In this document: in pieces, positions 50,291 through 64,000 of the stretch | Numbering within the stretch: the first letter of the stretch is position 1 | Layout: every line of letters starts with the position of its first letter | Notes under the pieces: model-generated | The model's database searches: none | The model's input: the letters and a program-made list of their open reading frames with translations, nothing else | Told to the model about the DNA's origin: nothing | Assembly: GCF_009914755.1 (NCBI RefSeq) | Contig: NC_060937.1 | Direction: 5' to 3' (one strand) | From: the human T2T-CHM13v2.0 reference genome, Homo sapiens | Length of the DNA stretch: 64,000 bases | Position numbers and translations under genes: made by a program

Positions 50291-50934
50291 TTTATCATAA
50301 CCTTTTTAGCCTCTTTCATTTTAGGAGATTTATCTGAAGTTAACAATGTTTTTCTGTTAACAAAAGGAATACATACAATACAAACAAAATCCTTTGGGAT
50401 TTTGTTTATTTGGGAATTTAACAAGGGCCCTTCCCTTGTTAAGTTTTTTATTTGTTGAGTCCTTATAAAATTGAATTGACTTTTATTTAATGTATTCCAA
50501 GTTAATTTTAGAATCTCAATGAAAGAAGCCCCCTTCTCTTTAAAATGGCATGTCTTTAGTATAACATATCATGATACATAAATGTACTTTAGCTTGGATA
50601 AGGAATTAAAGATGTCATTTCCTGTTAGAACTAAGGTTAATACTATAGGATGAGCACATTTTTTTTCCCCTCAGAATCAATATTGTAATTCCAAGGGTTT
50701 TACAGCCCAAGCTTCAGAAATGCATGTAAACCCATTCAGTAAACCTTGAACATCTATTATATAACAGACACTCAGGAATGAAAAGATGAATAAGACATTT
50801 TTCCTGCCCTTGAGTTGTTCACTGTAGATAATTTGTTCTTTGACATGCAACATCCTGTGTAGTTTCAAAAAGATAAATACTAAACCTGCTTCGTGAACTA
50901 TGGCTAGATCCTTTAGCTTTTAAGACTTGATTTT

Positions 50935-51346
50935 GGCTGGGCACGGTGGCTCACGCCTATAATTCCAGCCCTTTGGGAGACCAAAGCAAGAGGATTGCTT
51001 GAGCCCAGGAGTTCAAGACCATTCTGGGCTGACATGGGAGATTACTTCTAGAAAAGTCATAGTGCAGTATTCTATCAGTTATTTTCATCTTGAATAATTT
51101 TATGGAGACTTCATCTCTATAAAAACCTTAAAAAAGCAGCTGAGGGTGGTGTGTGCCTATAGTCCCAGCTACGCCTGTAGTCTCAGCTACTCCTGTAGTC
51201 TCAGCTACTCCTGAGGCTGAGGTGGGCCAATCACTTGAGTCCAGGAGGTGCAGGAGGTTGCAGTGAGCTGAGATGATGCCACTGCCCTCCAGCCTAGGTA
51301 ACAGAGGGAGACCTTGTCTCAATAAAAAAAAAAAAAAAAAAAAAAA
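50935..51346 (+). mobile_element. AluJ carrying a 77-bp foreign insert and an 18-bp internal triplication
   Basis: Alu consensus is interrupted at 51028-51104; TSD ttgatttt. Confidence 0.85.
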
Positions 51347-53051
51347 GTTGATTTTTATAATCCAAAATGATGCAGTTGTATAGGAGAAACAAAACACGTG
51401 CGCATGCGTGCACCCCTTATGAGGCTAATACGAACAAGAAATACATAAAATTAATTTATAAATCTGTTGTTTACCAATCCTGTCGGGTACGCACACCAAT
51501 TTTGGAGGGAGTGGGGGTGGTGATGGCCAAATGCTATTGTTCACAGAATTTTCAATTCTTATTACATAATTATATTGAATGCCATATGGTGTTTTATTGT
51601 AGTTCATTAAATTACTAGCAGTTTATACTTCTATTTGTGTTATCATTAACGCATTTCAGTAGCACATTTTTTAAATACAAAACTTTAGATATTCCTTTTT
51701 CATAAAAAACTATTCAAGATGAAAATAACTGATAGAATACTGCACTATGACTTTTCTAGAAGTAATCCCCCATGTCAGCTCTAAATGGTGAATAAATGAC
51801 AGTACTGTGCTATACAGTCCTTCAAATATATAAAATAAGAATTGTTGCTAAGCATGTTAACAAAGAACTAAAAATCTTAAAGGATGTCTTGTCTTGACAA
51901 TTATCTCTGTTGGTTTGGTACATTAATACCATTTTCCCTTCTTGAAATTCTAGAGGAGTAAGTTATTTCTAGTAGTTGGGTTTTCAAAATAGTTACTAAA
52001 CTCCTTTAAAAGTTTGTAACTTAAAATTTTTAGTTCACTTTAATGAATGAATATCTTTCTAAGCTATATTATATATTAAACTGTATCCATACTTCATGAA
52101 GAGTTTGTTGAGAACATAATCTAACTTTCTCTGTAACTTAGTTTTTCATATGAATACCCATTTTTTGATTATATGGCAAATGCCTTCATACACCATCAAG
52201 AAGAGTAGGATTATTTGCCCCTTTACAAGATGGCCCCAGAGTATTATGCTTTGCAAGTCCTTTGAGAGTTATATGTAGTTCTTCAGTCCCCTCTTATCAG
52301 GTATCATTTTGTCATGTTGATTGTGTTACTGTCTGTTGCAGCCTCTCTCTTCCTTCTGATTTAGTGTTTTTAATTTCCTGTGAGCAAAGAATCCAGTTTA
52401 AAAATTCCACTAGAATGAATAGTGTGTGTAAAAGAAGACTGAATAGACTCTGAGTGAAGGTCTGATGGGCTTGCCTATGAGTCAAGTGGTCAGAGCTGTC
52501 ATGTTTGGCCCTGTGACATCTGTTTTGGTTGCTGAGATGCCCTTTTTTCCCTTCTTCTTTTCTGATTCTAGTTAGGGCAGATGTCATTGCATTTAATAAA
52601 TCACAAAATAGAAAATATGTAGAATATCTCATTTTAGTTGGAGGAACACTCCCTTTGGGTCACTTGGTCTTTGTTGTTAATGTGATACACTTGTACCATC
52701 TATCTGAAACTCAGATATATAATAAAGTATTGCTAATTAAATTTCCTGACATCTTTCCAAGTGTTTTGCTGTGAAAGTGAATTATGCAAGTAAATGAACT
52801 CTATTAAGCTGTTGATTGCCAAAGCTTGTTTTTCTGATTTTTATTCAAATCTCTATCATGGATGAAGCATGCAGTTTCAGAATCAGTTCAGTGTTGACAA
52901 CATATCAAGATATTCTGCAGTCAATCTCAATGTATGTTCATGAAGCCTCCAACATATTTTGTGGGATACCATCTTTGTCAGGCATTGTGCTAGGCACTGT
53001 CCCTGCAGTGAATAAGAAAGACAGGATTTCTGTATTTATGGGGCTTAGTAC

Positions 53052-53242
53052 CAAGTTGTTCTCAAACTTTCATGTTTGTGTATACAAATCAGCTGAGGCC
53101 TTCACTAAACTACAGATTCCATGGCCTGGCCCTCAGAGATTTTGACTCAACAGGTCTGAGTTGGGACTAGAAATATGCATTGCTAATAGGCACCCTGACA
53201 ATTCCGATGTAGGTGGTCCTTAGAACATATTTTGAGAAATAT
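53052..53242 (-). mobile_element. MER5A hAT-Charlie MITE
   Basis: TIRs gttctcaaa...tttgagaa; internal cagagattttgactcaacaggtctg. Confidence 0.8.
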
Positions 53243-53528
53243 ATTCTGTAGTCTGGCAGATAAAGAATTCTTAACAAGGAGGTACAACTTTCGGATAATA
53301 TATGGACAAGAACAATATAATGTCATATTCGACCTGATTGCCGTTTCATCTGTAATTTAAACTATCTCAAAACCCTATTTTTGAAATCAATCACTTAATG
53401 TTTTTCCTTATGACCCTCATGTTGAGATAAAATGACTAAATACTTTGGTTGACTTTAAATATCATTTCTTATTTCTTAAACACCCTACCAATAATTAATC
53501 TTTCCTATAAGAATAACGTTGGCCTGTT

Positions 53529-55172
53529 GGCCGGGCATCATGGCAGCAGGTGCCTATAGTCCCAGCTACTCAGAGGCTGAGGCAGGAGAATTGCTTGACA
53601 TGGAGATTGCAATGAGCCCAGATAGCGCCATTGCACTCCAGCCTTGTGCAACAGGAGTGAAGCTCTGTCTCAAAAAAAAAAAAAAAAAAAAGAATAGCCT
53701 TGGCCTATGACAAGCTGTCTCCCAAAGACAACCGTGATTAGAAAGCCAGAGCAAAGGCAAAATATTTCCACCCAAGTACTTCTTTAAAAATGAAATGTCA
53801 TAGACCATATCTTCAAATGCATTTAAGAAGTTTCCCAGCTATATCTTGATATTTTGCTACAATGGATTATTGTCATATAACCCTTAATATTGGGACAGTG
53901 GTGCCTGTTGTACTTATTTGTTTCAATAAATTTTGTTTCCTCATTGTTTGTTACAGGAAGTTCAATTTGAATTTCTTCATCAGCATTATAATCAATCTTA
54001 TTGTAATTAACTCAACAAGTATGAAAGAATTGGCAGATTCTGTTGGAATTAGGAAAAATGCATCTGTTTTCTTCCTTTTATGGGCTGTGATAGTAAAATA
54101 AATGGTGATTATATCCGGAAAAAAAAAAAAGCAATGTCATAGAATATATCTTGAAGTATGCACCAGAAATTGGGTCAGTGGTTGTCCCCAAAGAGAAGGT
54201 CTGGGTGGGTAGGGGAGACTTATTTATAATCATGTATCCTTTTGTGTGATACGAATTCAGTACCATGTGACTGTATTACCTAACCAAAAGGAAATTTGAG
54301 GCTATATATCATGTTGTAACTATAGCTCTAAACTTACGCTGTTGGTTGTAATTTGTGTAGCTACCTCTTAACTTAACTTTCTTTTTGGTAACTTTCCCCA
54401 TCAGCATATCTTAGAGGGTGGGCCTTTTTCTCTTATAAGCACTTTATTTGAATAATCCTTTCCTTCAGAGGTTTGAGATGGCACTTTAAAAGTTTCATTC
54501 TTATACATCATAGGGTCTGTTTCTAAGCAGTTTTTTCCATTCTGTCATTCCAATCTTATATCAGAGACATACTATTTTGATTATTGTAGCTTAATATATT
54601 TTAATGCCTTAGAATATTATATTCCCCATTATTGTTCTTCTGTTTAAATGTTTTTCTTAATTCTTCTTACCTGTTTGGTCTTCCTTGTCCAAATTTTAGA
54701 ACACTTTTTTTTCCCAGGTTCAAAAATCTCCAGTAAAATTTTTTTGCTCTAAATTTATAAAATTAGTTGGGAAGAATTCACTTCTTAGAATATTTAATCT
54801 TCCCATTCAAAAACACAGCTGTCTATTTACGCCTTCTTTTATATCTTTCAGTTGCAGTATATAGTTTTCTTCTAAGAGGGTTGAACCTTTTTCTGGTAAG
54901 GGTTGTGTATTTATAGTTTTGTTGCTATTGTAAATGTGTTTCTTTAAAAAATACAAGCCTGGGCAACATGGTAAGACCCTGTCTCTACAAAAAATTTAAA
55001 AATAAGCTGGTCATGGTGGTGCACACCTATAGTCCCAGCTACTGGGGAGAAATAGGAGGCCAAGGTGGGAGATCTCTTGAACCTGGAAGGTCAAGGCTGC
55101 AGTGAGCTGTGATCATGCCACTACACTCCAGCCTGGGCAACAGAGTGAGACCTTGTCTCAAAAATAAAAAAT
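53529..55172. mobile_element. Alu right monomer (+, 53529-53691), degenerate L1ME (-, about 54560-54945), truncated AluJ (+, 54955-55172)
   Basis: Consensus fragments. Confidence 0.7.
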
Positions 55173-55999
55173 ATTATATAGCTGGATTATAGGAAAATTA
55201 TTTTTGTATATTTGTATTATTTCATTTTTCAATTTTTTCTTTCTCTTTAAGGTATATAATTATATTGCCTGCAAAAGTATGTTGACATTTTAAAAGTATT
55301 TATTAGCATATGAAATTTAGAAGAGCATATTGAGTTGTATATAGATATATATTTTCATATTCAATTAAAAATGTAAGATACAGTTTCCAGGTTATTGATC
55401 AGAGATAGATAGTAACTTATATATTCTGCTTCAGTTTATCCACAGGGAGAGCAAAATTCAGCATTGAAGAACCTAGGTTATAAGGCTGGACAGTTTTTCT
55501 AAGAATAGCAAATGATTTCACAGACATATACATATGTGAAAACATCAAATTGTACCCTTTATCTACAGCTTATATGTCACTTATATCTCAAAACTTTTTT
55601 AAAAAACAAATATCGCAAAACTTTTGCTTGAGTTAGGCTTTCTCTGTGATAGTCTTGCCTTTATTTGCTTTCATTGAAGAATTCTTTAAAAGTTTTTACT
55701 AATGTATTTTAAAAGGAATATAGATCAGTAGTTAACATAGTCCCTGATAGGTGACAGACATTCTGAATGTATTAAATGGAATGTAATTAAATGACATATT
55801 GGGTTATTTTTCCTTCTTTAACACCATGCTGGTGCTCACTTTTTAGGAGGCTGTGGGAATCCTGAGTCCTCTGCAGTAGAGAGATGAGTAAAGTGCATGG
55901 GGAAATGGCACAAATGCCCAGGGAATAAGGGAAAAATTTTCTGGGGAGGTGATGGCCCAAGGGATGAGTTTGCCATACAAAGAAGGGGGACTGAAGGCT

Positions 56000-57242
<1,243 letters not shown>

Positions 57243-57899
57243 CTTCCCTTCCCCTCCACTCCCCTCGCTCCCTCTTTTTCTCTCTCACTGTCTCTTCTTG
57301 AGCTTCTGTGGATTGCACACCCTTCCTGAAATTTACCACCCTTTTTTTTGCCCCTTACTTCCCCCCACCTCCCACCACCGCCTTCTTTGTACAGCAAATT
57401 CCTAGCAAGGCCATCACCTCCGGAAAAGCCTCCCTATCCTCCTCCAGGCAGCTGCCCCCTCTTCCCATGTGCTTCACTTGTCTCTCCATGGCAGCTCTTC
57501 CTACACACTGTGATTATACTTATCTCTTTAAGCTGTTGGGAGATGGTAGAAATGTGATATTGGTTTGAAATTAGAGGCTTTTTTTGGGGATAGAAGGAGG
57601 CTCATGAGAAGATAGTATAAATATGTATTAATATTTAATAGAAATTAGAGAGGTTGTGAAGAATCCAGTGTGAAGAAAAAAGGTAGGAAAAGAAAAGAGG
57701 TAGGAAAGATGGTGAAGGCCAGATGTTAGAGAGCTGTCGACAGAAAGGAAACCTGGCCAGAAGAAAAAATGTAGTGATGTAAGGATGTATTTTGTCATCT
57801 CTTACATTTTATTTGAGAAATATTCAGAACACTTAGAAGGACTAATAGGTACAGGTCACACCCTCCTCTTTTCTCCTCTCCCCTGCCCCCATACTTTCA

Positions 57900-63998
<6,099 letters not shown>

Positions 63999-64000
63999 AG

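Noticed and set aside
52816-53145. 109-aa ORF
   Set aside because: It runs through L2-like and MER5A sequence, has no known domain and shows no exon evidence.

Overview
This is AT-rich, Alu/L1-dense primate intronic DNA that I recognise as human chr13 inside GTF2F2 (TFIIF beta/RAP30, + strand). Only one 82-nt GTF2F2 coding exon lies in the window (35475-35556). KCTD4 (BTB/POZ protein, 259 aa, uninterrupted CDS 21839-22618) is nested on the - strand in the preceding intron, with a probable non-coding first exon near 28875-29100. The rest is interspersed repeats (about 40 Alu/FLAM/FAM copies, L1, L2, MIR, MaLR LTRs, Tigger/hAT MITEs) and microsatellites; nearly all other listed ORFs are repeat-derived. 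I do not see a new gene system. The most unusual readable signals are rearrangement scars: (1) a 5'-inverted L1 whose junction is triplicated and contains a 58-bp copy of DNA 3 kb upstream plus fold-back fragments; (2) a 1.37-kb polyadenylated, TSD-flanked retrocopy built from unrelated old repeats; (3) a 77-bp inverted templated insertion inside an Alu; (4) a 386-bp tandem duplication; and (5) a uORF whose stop codon overlaps an AATAAA in the KCTD4 5' UTR. Repeat subfamily names are from memory of consensus sequences, and repeat boundaries are approximate.
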